A stretch of 64,000 nt of DNA, taken from contig CAWFCE010000002.1 of assembly GCA_963814275.1 (NCBI GenBank), positions 1,131,263-1,195,262 of the forward strand, written 5' to 3'. Below the pieces are notes generated by a model. The model searched no databases. It saw only the letters and a program-made list of their open reading frames with translations, and was not told the origin of the DNA. This stretch comes from Candidatus Parcubacteria bacterium. GTDB lineage: Bacteria > Patescibacteriota > Patescibacteriia > Patescibacteriales > UBA12075. This document shows positions 37,681 to 46,823 of the stretch, piece after piece; the first letter of the stretch is position 1; every line of letters starts with the position of its first letter. A program made the translations under genes and the position numbers.

Positions 37681-39282
37681 CTATCTCACCTTTGGAGTGA
37701 CATAAAACCCCAGCCGCCTTTTTCCACCGAGCATCAATCTTATTTGTGAGTCCAGTCCGGGAATGGAGCCAAAAATAATTATAGAGACCGGCAGAACGAT
37801 CCATTGCGCCAACATCCCCAGATATTTAATTGATGGATAATTTTTCGGTCGGCGCGGCAGTAACAAAGTGGATAGGACTGCTGATAGCACCAAGCCAAGC
37901 ATCGCCATGGTCATTAAAGTACGGGTCACAAGCGGCAGATTGGCCGATAATACGGTGGCATTAAACCGGTCGCCGCCCAAAAGCATGGGAAGCCAGCCGA
38001 TAATACCGATTATCAAAGCGTTTGTCGCCCAGGAATGGAATCCGTAGACCTGCACGAAAATACGGTTAAGGAATTTGCCTTTGGGCATGTTGCGCCGGTT
38101 ACGGATAAAATTAAAAATCAAATAAGGAATATTCTCCACTCCCCAGCCCCAGCGGCGCTGCTGTAGATACAACGAACGGGCGGTGTCAAAAAAGCCCTTA
38201 TTCATGGTCACATCCATGGAAACGGGAAAATGCAAGGGGTAAACACGGTAATCACCGCGATAAAAGCAAAAGCAGTGCCAAAAGATGCGGGAGTCTTCGC
38301 TTACCATGGTTTTTGACCAAAAGCCTATTTCATGAAGGGCTCGCCACGTCATCGAATGGGAAGAATAAGTCGCCAGCTTTTCCTGCCTGATTTGCTGCAT
38401 CATCTGCCAGAAGGTATTCGATGCCGCCGCGACCCGAGCGAAAAAGGGCGCCTGCCAAATATTATTATGATATACCGGAACCGGTTGGTAACTGGAACGG
38501 TAAGGATTCGGAACCGTCAAAAAATTATACGCCAGACAATGGAAATAATGCGGATAAATGATTGTATCGATATCGAATACGCTGACCAAAATACTGTCAT
38601 AATCCAGCCGCAAAGGATCGATCACGTCTTTTTTCAGCTGCTTGGCGGCCCAGGTCTGGTTTGCTCCTTTGCCTTTAAGCTCACCGGCAATGCCGTCGGG
38701 ATGGCGGGTCAAATAAAACCGCTTGAAATGTGTCTTGAATTCCTCGTATACCGCTTGTCCCGAATGCCATACTTCTTCCCCTCCCCTTTCTTCGATCGAT
38801 AATACCAGAATTATCCGTTCCCCGGGATAGGAGCAGTCCGCGATCGCCTTAATGCTTGACCGGATAACCTCATGGCTTTCGTTGACAACGGGAAAAATTA
38901 TTACTTGCACGATATCTTTCCACCTTAGGCCGCGGAGCGATAGGCATTCGCCTGCCTTGCATTGATTCGGCTCCCGATCCAAACCCCGGCATAGCGCTTC
39001 CCAGTCTTTATTGATATTGCGCTTCATGCGCCGGTAGGAAGCCACTAGGTGAATACCCAGAAACAATACCAAAAGCAGCCAGTAGACATCAAAGGCGATA
39101 ATGAAATACGCCAGCCAAACCGGCTGAAGATAAGAAAAGACGATTAAAACGACCAAAGTAAAAATGGATAAAAATCCGGGAACTATTTCCAAAAAACGGT
39201 ATAAACGGAAATCCTTTCCGGATAGATCATCGGCTTTTCCGACTTTTAGATAATCGATATTTGACATACTGTTTTTTATCAC
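37681..39282 (-). CDS. Membrane-embedded processive family 2 glycosyltransferase (cellulose/chitin-synthase-like)
   Basis: VFDIDT, SEDSRIF and QQRRWGWG (QxxRW) motifs, flanked by multiple TM helices. Confidence 0.82.
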   Translation of the reverse strand: MIKNSMSNIDYLKVGKADDLSGKDFRLYRFLEIVPGFLSIFTLVVLIVFSYLQPVWLAYFIIAFDVYWLLLVLFLGIHLVASYRRMKRNINKDWEALCRGLDREPNQCKAGECLSLRGLRWKDIVQVIIFPVVNESHEVIRSSIKAIADCSYPGERIILVLSIEERGGEEVWHSGQAVYEEFKTHFKRFYLTRHPDGIAGELKGKGANQTWAAKQLKKDVIDPLRLDYDSILVSVFDIDTIIYPHYFHCLAYNFLTVPNPYRSSYQPVPVYHNNIWQAPFFARVAAASNTFWQMMQQIRQEKLATYSSHSMTWRALHEIGFWSKTMVSEDSRIFWHCFCFYRGDYRVYPLHFPVSMDVTMNKGFFDTARSLYLQQRRWGWGVENIPYLIFNFIRNRRNMPKGKFLNRIFVQVYGFHSWATNALIIGIIGWLPMLLGGDRFNATVLSANLPLVTRTLMTMAMLGLVLSAVLSTLLLPRRPKNYPSIKYLGMLAQWIVLPVSIIIFGSIPGLDSQIRLMLGGKRRLGFYVTPKVR

Positions 39283-39401
39283 GCTCTTATATATTTACGG
39301 TGCCAAGCATCGGCAATATGCGCTATTTATCACCCACTCGGTCGCAACCAATATTCAGGATTTGATTTTTGCCGGTGTTCGGTTTACTGCAAATTAACGT
39401 T

Positions 39402-40058
39402 TTAAGTATTCACGTTTTTAATTTCACCTTTAAAAATACTGTTACCGACCAGATAAAGTATAAAGAAAAAAAATGTAAATATCAACCAATTCCTGAAATA
39501 CGGCCAATCATAAAAATATTTGCCTGCATCCCGCATTACCATAATCGGCGATCTCACTATGTCCCAGGAATTCCAACGATTGATCAGCCCCAAAAGCACG
39601 CCTAATGAAATCGTAGGAATTATTGCCGCAATAAAAAAATCGGACGCATGGCGGCCGTATAATTGATTTACGAATCGTTTCATGTCCTTGACCAGCCGGA
39701 CATAGGCATACCATCCAATCACGCTGTAAGAAAAAAAGAATAACGTCATCCAGACACTGTCCAGGCAATTATTATACTTCAGATCGCAAAATCCGTTCAA
39801 ATGCCGTATATCAACAATAACATAAGCCGAATTCGGTAAAAAAATCAGCCACAGTAAGGCACATAATAATCCTGCCAGTTTATCACCGAGACGCTTAAAG
39901 CGGGTGCGTCTGTAAAATTGCCGTAATATGGAAAACAAAAAAAATGGAATTGCGAGCAAAAACAAATTCCAAACTACATACACGAGAGAATAGTTGTTTA
40001 ACGCAAAAAATTGGTCCATTTCCGCAATGCAACCGCCATCAAATAGCGGTAAGGTCAA
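39402..40058 (-). CDS. DUF1361 family integral membrane protein
   Basis: VVWNLFLLAIPFF and IFLPNSAYVIVDIRHL motifs. Confidence 0.72.
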   Translation of the reverse strand: MTLPLFDGGCIAEMDQFFALNNYSLVYVVWNLFLLAIPFFLFSILRQFYRRTRFKRLGDKLAGLLCALLWLIFLPNSAYVIVDIRHLNGFCDLKYNNCLDSVWMTLFFFSYSVIGWYAYVRLVKDMKRFVNQLYGRHASDFFIAAIIPTISLGVLLGLINRWNSWDIVRSPIMVMRDAGKYFYDWPYFRNWLIFTFFFFILYLVGNSIFKGEIKNVNT

Positions 40059-40060
40059 AA

Positions 40061-42007
40061 TTATGTCAAATTTATCGCCTCTCCTTCGGGCAGCTCATTT
40101 TCATTCGCCGCTTTTTCTCCTGTTTGCCGAACCGGCGGCGTAGCGCGCACTTTCGGAGATGCCAAATTGGCGCTGTCTATTGGCTTATGCATCGCCGATT
40201 TTGGGCCTCTCGGCGGCCAGTTCGCCTTGTCAGCCGGACGCCCTTCCGCGGTATGATCTTTTTGCGCGTTATTGCCGTATTGACGCTGGTCTGGGCCTGC
40301 CATCCGGTTCGCTCCGTTCGAATCGTCCCGGAACGGTTTACCGCCTTGTTTCTTGAATGCGGCGGAAAAATCCTTCAAGCTGGTGAACTCTCCCAACTTC
40401 GCCTCCAGTTGCTCCAATTCTGACCTTTTTGCTTCTCTTCTACTGTCTAATTCGTTCTTTTTTTCCTGTTTGATCAGGTTCAGGCAATCTTTGCAGTAAA
40501 CCGGCCTTACGCCATCCGGCTTGAATGACGTTCTGGTATCTTTACCGCAGCGCGCGCAGACCGCTTCGTATTTATAGATTGAATCCGGGGCCTGGCGCGT
40601 CTCTTCGCGCGGCGCAGGTGCTTTGCTAACGGCAGGCATACTGGCCAAATCGTTTTTCGGCATGGTTTTGGGCTTGACAGGCGTAGTTCTGGCCGGTTTA
40701 CCGGGAGCAGGATCTTCGTTATTTTCATGCCAGCGGGATATCTTGTCCTCAACCGTCAGGCGGTCTTTAGCATAACGCTCGCGGCTGATCTGGATCACTT
40801 TTTCAGTATGGCCGGTCTTTTCGCTTTCCAATAATGGCGGCAGTCCGCGGGCGGAAAAAGGATTGGATGCGATGCCATCGATCATCAACTTAATGTAAAA
40901 TTCATATTTTGGCAGATTAACGATATCCTCGATCGTAAATACCGGAGTGAATTCCGGCTCCAGCTCTTCGGCATCGGCCGCGCCGACCCGAAAGACCACC
41001 ATGGTACCGACATTGCCGAACACCGCCCCCTTCACGGTATCGCCTAATTGTTCGATATACTGGTGTGCCATTATCAGGTTAAGATGGTACTTCCTTGCTT
41101 CAGACAGAATATTCGCAAAACTATCGGTGATAAAATTCTGTAATTCGTCGATATAAAGATAAAAATCCCGGCGTTCGCTTTCGGGCATATCGACCCGGCT
41201 CATTGCCGCTAATTGTATTTTGGTGATCATCATCGAACCCAGAAGGGCGGACGAGTCCTCGCCGATACGGCCTTTGCTCAGGTTCAGGATCAAAATTTTG
41301 CCGTTGTCCATAATATCGCGCATGTCGATTGTCGACTTGACCTGGCCGACTATATTACGGATAAGCGACGTGGAAAGAAACTGTCCGACCTTATTCTGAA
41401 TAGGAGAAACAGCTTCGGACGCGAACTTATCGGCATAGCCGGCGAATTCATTCACCCAGAAGGATTTTACCACCGGATCCTGGATCATCTCCACCACCCG
41501 TTTGCGGAATTTCTTATCCGCCAGCATTCTGGTCACGGCCAGAAGGGTCGAACCGGGGTAGTCAAGTATCGCCAGGATGGTATTGCGCAGGATGTACTCC
41601 AGACGCGGCCCCCACGAATCGGCCCAAAGCTTCTGGAACACGCCGATCAAGCCGGATGCCACCAAATGGCGGAATTGCGGATCAACATGCTCGACTACAT
41701 TGAATGCGATCGGATAATCGATGTCGGACGGGTTGAAATAAATTACATCGTTAATACGGTTACTGGGAATGTATTCAATGATTTTTTCCGCCAGATCGCC
41801 ATGAGGATCGACCACGGCCACGCCTTTGCCGGCGCGAATATCCTCAATGATCATATTCTCCTGAACCGTGGATTTCCCAACACCGGTTTTGCCGATCAGG
41901 TACATATGCCGCCGACGGTCGTCTAATTTTATGCCGAAACGCCGGCTTTTATTACGGAAAGTGGTTTCGGCAAACAAGGTTATTTTTTCATTGTCCATAT
42001 ATTTCAA
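40061..42007 (-). CDS. TraD/VirD4 (T4CP)-like FtsK/HerA-clade P-loop ATPase with disordered tail and CxxC-x17-CxxC zinc ribbon
   Basis: Walker A GKTGVGKST, VVDPHGDL, Walker B LYIDELQNF. No N-terminal TM helix. CARCGKDTRTSFKPDGVRPVYCKDC near the C-terminus. Confidence 0.8.
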   Translation of the reverse strand: MKYMDNEKITLFAETTFRNKSRRFGIKLDDRRRHMYLIGKTGVGKSTVQENMIIEDIRAGKGVAVVDPHGDLAEKIIEYIPSNRINDVIYFNPSDIDYPIAFNVVEHVDPQFRHLVASGLIGVFQKLWADSWGPRLEYILRNTILAILDYPGSTLLAVTRMLADKKFRKRVVEMIQDPVVKSFWVNEFAGYADKFASEAVSPIQNKVGQFLSTSLIRNIVGQVKSTIDMRDIMDNGKILILNLSKGRIGEDSSALLGSMMITKIQLAAMSRVDMPESERRDFYLYIDELQNFITDSFANILSEARKYHLNLIMAHQYIEQLGDTVKGAVFGNVGTMVVFRVGAADAEELEPEFTPVFTIEDIVNLPKYEFYIKLMIDGIASNPFSARGLPPLLESEKTGHTEKVIQISRERYAKDRLTVEDKISRWHENNEDPAPGKPARTTPVKPKTMPKNDLASMPAVSKAPAPREETRQAPDSIYKYEAVCARCGKDTRTSFKPDGVRPVYCKDCLNLIKQEKKNELDSRREAKRSELEQLEAKLGEFTSLKDFSAAFKKQGGKPFRDDSNGANRMAGPDQRQYGNNAQKDHTAEGRPADKANWPPRGPKSAMHKPIDSANLASPKVRATPPVRQTGEKAANENELPEGEAINLT

Positions 42008-42069
42008 GGTTATTTGAATATTTTTTGGTTTAGATATCTTCCATACTTAGGGTATCCGAGGATACATTG

Positions 42070-43620
42070 TCAGGCAAACGGCAGATTTTCGGGCGGCTGG
42101 CCTTTCTTGACTGCTGCTACCGGCGGTCTCGCGCCAGGTTTAACCGAAGCCACCGGTCCGTCATCCCAGGGCAAGCGTTCTCCCGCGGCCGGCTTGGCCG
42201 CTTTCGGCGGAATAGAACCGGACTCGCGTCTCCTCGATACCGCCGGCTCCGTTAGCGGTTCGCCCGGAGGCCCGATCTCGTCGAAAAATGTCGAGCCGAA
42301 CACCTCTTCACCGACCGGCAGGCTCATTGGCGGTTCCGCTTTACGGCCTGGCGCTTTTTGGATCAGCGGGGCCTTAACAACCGCTTCGATCGGGAAATGC
42401 CAAAGAGTGGCCAGCTCGTCGATCGTCATGATCCTCCTTGTTCGGCCGCGCGTGCCGCTTCTGGATTTATAGGCAGACATGATACGATTTTTTTTTCCGT
42501 TTATGACCGAATCAACGAAAAAATAACTTGCCCGCGTTGCGGTGCGCTCCATATCCGGCCGCAAATTGTTCAGGTCCAGATCCATAAACTGCTTCATATA
42601 GCCGACAAAGCCGTTTACTACTTTTGGCTTGTTCATCACCTCTTTCCTTGAGACATAAATGAAACGGTTTTTGACCTCAAAACCCAGCTGTGAGGTTTTA
42701 TGCTGTATTGCTTCCACCTGTTTCTTCTCCTTGGGCTTAAGCTGGAGCATCTTAAGCGGCTCTTCAGCGGTTGTTTCCGCCGCAGAGCCCCAGCCGAACG
42801 GTGAACTCAAGAGCTGGTCAGAGGCTTCCGACAGAAGGCCGAAAATCTCACTGAAAAATTTGCCGAATATCCCGGATTTTGCCTTGGTTTTTTCGCGCAG
42901 TATTTTCCTTACCTCATTTTCCCGTTCGTCCATCCAGTCAAAACCGGTCGGATATACTATCATCTGGTACCAAAGCTGTTCCCCATTTTTTAAGCTGCTG
43001 CAAAGGTCCATCAAAGACGCCATTGGATCTTTGAAATTGGTTTCTGGCCGGCCGAACTCATCGCCGAAGGCGGAATAGGTTTTGATCGGATAAGCGTCTT
43101 TTTTGGTATAAATGAATTCCGTCCCCCAAATATCCCACTCCTCATCGGGAAACCGGGAAGGTATATTTTCGGTATAATCGTCAACTTCCGTGATTTCCGC
43201 GTCCGGGTATTGGGAATATATGGCGGATTCCACCAAATCGCGAAAATGCACCGGTGTCCAGATCAAAAACTGGGTATACCCGTCAATACTGACTATTTCG
43301 AAACTAAACCCGAGTTGGAACCGGCATTCCCAATATTTTTCGATAAGATTGAAAGTGCCGTGCGCTCCGCCGAAATAGGTGAACAAATTCTCGACCGCCT
43401 TGACCGACTGTTCGTTGCCGCGCGGGATATCGACGGCCAGCAGAACACGCTGGACCGTAGCGTCATATTGTCCGCCGCGGTATTCCTGCCATAATAAAAA
43501 CGCGCCCCATACCATTGTTGCCGCAATCGGCATCCATCCGAAATTTACCAACAACAAATACAGCAATTGGTCTGCGGGTAAAGCAAATAAGGACTGAATG
43601 GAGCTAAGGTCTATGCTCAT
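42070..43620 (-). CDS. Hypothetical membrane protein, partner of the T4CP-like ATPase
   Basis: N-terminal TM segment(s) LLYLLLVNFGWMPIAATMVWGAFLLW, a ~370-aa globular part, and a P/G/A-rich tail. 62 nt upstream of the ATPase gene. Confidence 0.75.
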   Translation of the reverse strand: MSIDLSSIQSLFALPADQLLYLLLVNFGWMPIAATMVWGAFLLWQEYRGGQYDATVQRVLLAVDIPRGNEQSVKAVENLFTYFGGAHGTFNLIEKYWECRFQLGFSFEIVSIDGYTQFLIWTPVHFRDLVESAIYSQYPDAEITEVDDYTENIPSRFPDEEWDIWGTEFIYTKKDAYPIKTYSAFGDEFGRPETNFKDPMASLMDLCSSLKNGEQLWYQMIVYPTGFDWMDERENEVRKILREKTKAKSGIFGKFFSEIFGLLSEASDQLLSSPFGWGSAAETTAEEPLKMLQLKPKEKKQVEAIQHKTSQLGFEVKNRFIYVSRKEVMNKPKVVNGFVGYMKQFMDLDLNNLRPDMERTATRASYFFVDSVINGKKNRIMSAYKSRSGTRGRTRRIMTIDELATLWHFPIEAVVKAPLIQKAPGRKAEPPMSLPVGEEVFGSTFFDEIGPPGEPLTEPAVSRRRESGSIPPKAAKPAAGERLPWDDGPVASVKPGARPPVAAVKKGQPPENLPFA

Positions 43621-43874
43621 TTAGTAATATATCAGGTTTAATTAATAACAATATTAACTTATCACCGAAATTGCTATGGCTGCTTATTTCCAGTAATTTT
43701 TAATTTTGAAATTTAATTTCGCCTTGGTTTGACTAAAGATTAACCAATTATTACTTGTGCTATTCGGTAAAAAAATAAAATTGGACTCTTTTAATCCATT
43801 ACTTTTGTTCCCGATTGCCAATTTCCAATTTATAATTTCTAAATATAATTATAACACAATCAAGCCTAAAATTC

Positions 43875-43905
43875 AAAAACGCCCCGGTCAAACCGGGGCG
43901 TTTTA
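43875..43905. terminator. Bidirectional rho-independent terminator after the sigma-like gene
   Basis: A5, ACGCCCCGG, TCAAA loop, CCGGGGCGT, T4. Confidence 0.8.
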
Positions 43906-43919
43906 TAAAAAATTCAAGT

Positions 43920-45137
43920 TTATTGATTATTTGTTTTCAAATTATACCGTCCGCTTTCTTTGGCGAATTTATCCTTGTTCATAAGAGCCAGGATAATCGT
44001 GGCTTTTTTGACCAGTCTTTTTTCCAGCACCCGATCGATAATTTCGTCGCGCGAAAGAGGTTCGCTGCTTTTTTCCAAAATCTCTTCAATCACATCGGAA
44101 ACCGTCCCTTTGCGGTATCCCCATTCCTTGAGGCCATAAAGCCCGCGTCCGACCAATACGTATTTGTCGTCCAAAATAAGTTCGTTGTGGACAGTCGCGG
44201 CGTTCGCCTGCTTGCTGTCAAAGGCGATCTTATTGATAATATCGGCAATTTCCCCGAAATGAAGAGGCTGTTTATTGTTTGACAGGACCAGATAGATCTT
44301 GTCGTTGATCGTCTTCGGATTGATTTCCCGTGAAGTATGAGTACCCCAGTGGCCGAATTTGTTTTGTTCGATCCTCCGGGCCGCTCTTAACAATGAATAT
44401 AATACTTTGTTATTGTTTATCAATTCCGGGTCTTCGGAAAACAAATCGCTTTTCAGTATGCGGGCAACATCCAGACTGCCTTCGAAACTGACCTTCTCTT
44501 CGTGCTTTTTATAGCTATCAAGCGAACGGATCAGATCGATAATTTCCCTGGTGGCGTGTATTTTTTCCGCTTTCTTTATATTGGCCAGAAGTTCCTCGAT
44601 CAGTTCTTCCAGATGTTCGATGTCCTGGAACTTAAGCTTATAGGAATCTTTGAAATGCCGATGGTTATTGAGCTCTTCGAATTCCCGGTGCAACAGCTTG
44701 GTGATCATGAAATTGAGATAATTCTTGTGCGTCAGTTCGCTGTTTTGGCGCTTCGACAGACCGTTCATCGAATAACCAACCAGAAGGTCAAGCATATACT
44801 CCTTCTCCACCAGTCCTCCATGTTCTTCCAGAAGCTGGTATATGACCTTTCTTAAAGTCGAGATGTAGTTTTCCAAATTAGCCAAAAGCTGGAGCTTCTT
44901 GACGCTCGATGTTTCGATTTGGCGAATTCTTTCGCGGGTCAGCTTATGGGCGGCGCCGATCGACTCGAGCGTTTCTTTGCCGCTGCCATGCAATCCATAG
45001 CGGCGGACAAGCACGTCCCGCTCCCGTTCGGTCAATTCACCGAACAGGTTATTAATAATCTCTACTGCGTCCAGTTTCGCCACCTCCTCGGCCTTTTGAT
45101 TGTCGATAATTTGATCGAGAATTGAGACAGTGTCCAT
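43920..45137 (-). CDS. Sigma-70 region-4 domain protein with C-terminal HARE-HTH / winged-helix domains
   Basis: LTERERDVLVRRYGL....TLESIGAAHKLTRERIRQIETSSVKKL (sigma region 4). Later IYLVLSNNKQPLHFGEIADII...DDKYVLVGRGLYGLKEWGY (HARE-HTH). Confidence 0.75.
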   Translation of the reverse strand: MDTVSILDQIIDNQKAEEVAKLDAVEIINNLFGELTERERDVLVRRYGLHGSGKETLESIGAAHKLTRERIRQIETSSVKKLQLLANLENYISTLRKVIYQLLEEHGGLVEKEYMLDLLVGYSMNGLSKRQNSELTHKNYLNFMITKLLHREFEELNNHRHFKDSYKLKFQDIEHLEELIEELLANIKKAEKIHATREIIDLIRSLDSYKKHEEKVSFEGSLDVARILKSDLFSEDPELINNNKVLYSLLRAARRIEQNKFGHWGTHTSREINPKTINDKIYLVLSNNKQPLHFGEIADIINKIAFDSKQANAATVHNELILDDKYVLVGRGLYGLKEWGYRKGTVSDVIEEILEKSSEPLSRDEIIDRVLEKRLVKKATIILALMNKDKFAKESGRYNLKTNNQ

Positions 45138-45388
45138 ATTTATCTGGTGCGAATCAAGTCATGGGATGCTTGGATCGCTAAAAATAAAAAAATAAATTGA
45201 TTGAAAATAATTTTTATTAAGACTTATCAACAAATGATTTGCTTTATCTGTCGAATATAATCATAATTAAATATCAATATCGTTGATAATATAGCATAAA
45301 TATTTACTTTAGTCAAGATTATAAATTAATCTAATAACGATAGTTAGGCGAAGTTATGAAATATATTTAAAATAGACTAAAGTTAAAT

Positions 45389-45413
45389 AAAAAAAACCCG
45401 CTTTTTATCGGGT
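45389..45413 (-). terminator. Rho-independent terminator after murB
   Basis: ACCCG / CGGGT stem followed by T8 on the minus strand. Confidence 0.55.
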
Positions 45414-45555
45414 ATTTACGCAAATATAATCGATTGCATTGAGTCTAATATTATTTATTTTTTAATTAACAAAAAAAATTTATTAAAAAATATATTATAA
45501 ATATTGCCCTAGTTTTACATTTCCCCCTATCATACGCCGCTTTTCTCCAATTAAA

Positions 45556-46506
45556 TCATTCAAACCCGAAATACTGGATCTCTTCCTTGATCTGGATATT
45601 ATAATTGTCGCGCACTTGCTGTTTAATATAGCTAATTAGCATCAACACCTCTTCAGCCTTAGCCCGTCCGGTATTGATTATATGATTGGCATGCTCCAGA
45701 CTGACCTTGGCGCCGCCGATCGTCTTGCCTTTTAGGTCAAGCTTATCTATCAATAAGCCAGCGCTTATCCGGCCGCTTTGCCCGACACGGCCTTCAAGTT
45801 CATTTTCGAAAAAAGCTGGATTCTGTTTTTTGAAATAATCCGGGTCGATGTTTTCAAAAATGGACCCGGCGCCGGGAAGCTTGGGGTAATGCGCCCCCCG
45901 GAAATCCAGGGATTCCTCCACTAAACGGGCGATCTTATCGCTATCTTCGCTCCTCATCCGCAATACGGCCTGCCATACCAACAGGTCGGGGGTTTTTTTA
46001 AAGATGCTCATGCGGTAAGCGAACTGACATTCGCGGTTACTGTAAATAACGAATTTATCCTTAATTTTATCGTAAACTTCAACAGTTTCCACTAGACCCG
46101 ACATCGGGCAGTTAAAGGCCTCGGCATTGCCGCGGATCGCTCCGCCGACAGTCGCCCGCGGGATGCCGCTAGCCCATTCCAGCCCGCTCAGCTTATTGCC
46201 CTTAGCCTTATTGATTATGCTGGCCAGCATCGCGCCCGCACCGCACTCCACCCGTTCGCCTTTTATGGCGATATCGTTGTTTGCCAGCCGGATAACCAAA
46301 CCATCCACGCCCCGGTCCGGGATCAATACGTTAGACCCGCCTCCCAAAACATAGACTTTTATCCCCTGTTCAATCGCCCAGGCAAAAGCCCCGCTCAGAT
46401 CTTCGCGGATAGCAGCTTCCAGGTAATACTTGGCCGGCCCGCCGATCTTATAAGTGGTAAACGGTGCCAAGGGCACATTTTTTTGGATTTTTTGCTCTAT
46501 CTGCAT
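45556..46506 (-). CDS. murB: UDP-N-acetylenolpyruvoylglucosamine reductase
   Basis: FTTYKIGGPAKYY, VLGGGSNVL, and a C-terminal MurB_C domain. Confidence 0.94.
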   Translation of the reverse strand: MQIEQKIQKNVPLAPFTTYKIGGPAKYYLEAAIREDLSGAFAWAIEQGIKVYVLGGGSNVLIPDRGVDGLVIRLANNDIAIKGERVECGAGAMLASIINKAKGNKLSGLEWASGIPRATVGGAIRGNAEAFNCPMSGLVETVEVYDKIKDKFVIYSNRECQFAYRMSIFKKTPDLLVWQAVLRMRSEDSDKIARLVEESLDFRGAHYPKLPGAGSIFENIDPDYFKKQNPAFFENELEGRVGQSGRISAGLLIDKLDLKGKTIGGAKVSLEHANHIINTGRAKAEEVLMLISYIKQQVRDNYNIQIKEEIQYFGFE

Positions 46507-46526
46507 ATTTATTTAAGCTGTCGAAT

Positions 46527-46558
46527 CGCTTATGCAGTAATCATCTTCTGCATAAGCG
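46527..46558 (-). promoter_or_regulatory. Perfect 11-bp hairpin in the murB leader
   Basis: CGCTTATGCAG, 10-nt loop, CTGCATAAGCG. The arm UAUGCAG duplicates the murB start region UAUGCAG. Confidence 0.5.
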
Positions 46559-46585
46559 GAGAGGTTGCCAGCGTTAGAAGTAATA

Positions 46586-46690
46586 AGTAATAAGACATAA
46601 GTAATAAGTCTATTGTTTCTGAGAACACAAATTACAGACTTATTACTTATTACTAATGTCTTATTACTATTGTCTTATTACTTTACATAA
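46586..46690. repeat. Inverted-repeat element family A, copy 2 (expanded right arm)
   Basis: The 24-mer AGTAATAAGACATAAGTAATAAGT (46586-46609) is identical to 51498-51521. Right arm is ACTTATTACTTAT..TGTCTTATTACT repeats. Confidence 0.85.
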
Positions 46691-46769
46691 CATTCACGTT
46701 ATCTATCATAGCAGATTATACCGGATATCACCATTGACAAAATTAAGTAAAAATATCCAAATATAAATT

Positions 46770-46806
46770 AAAAGAGGAATCATACCGATAATATGATTCC
46801 TCTTTT
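46770..46806 (-). terminator. Terminator hairpin after the ABC exporter gene
   Basis: Perfect 14-bp stem AAAAGAGGAATCAT / ATGATTCCTCTTTT with a 9-nt loop. Confidence 0.65.
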
Positions 46807-46823
46807 TTGTTTAATCCGATAGA

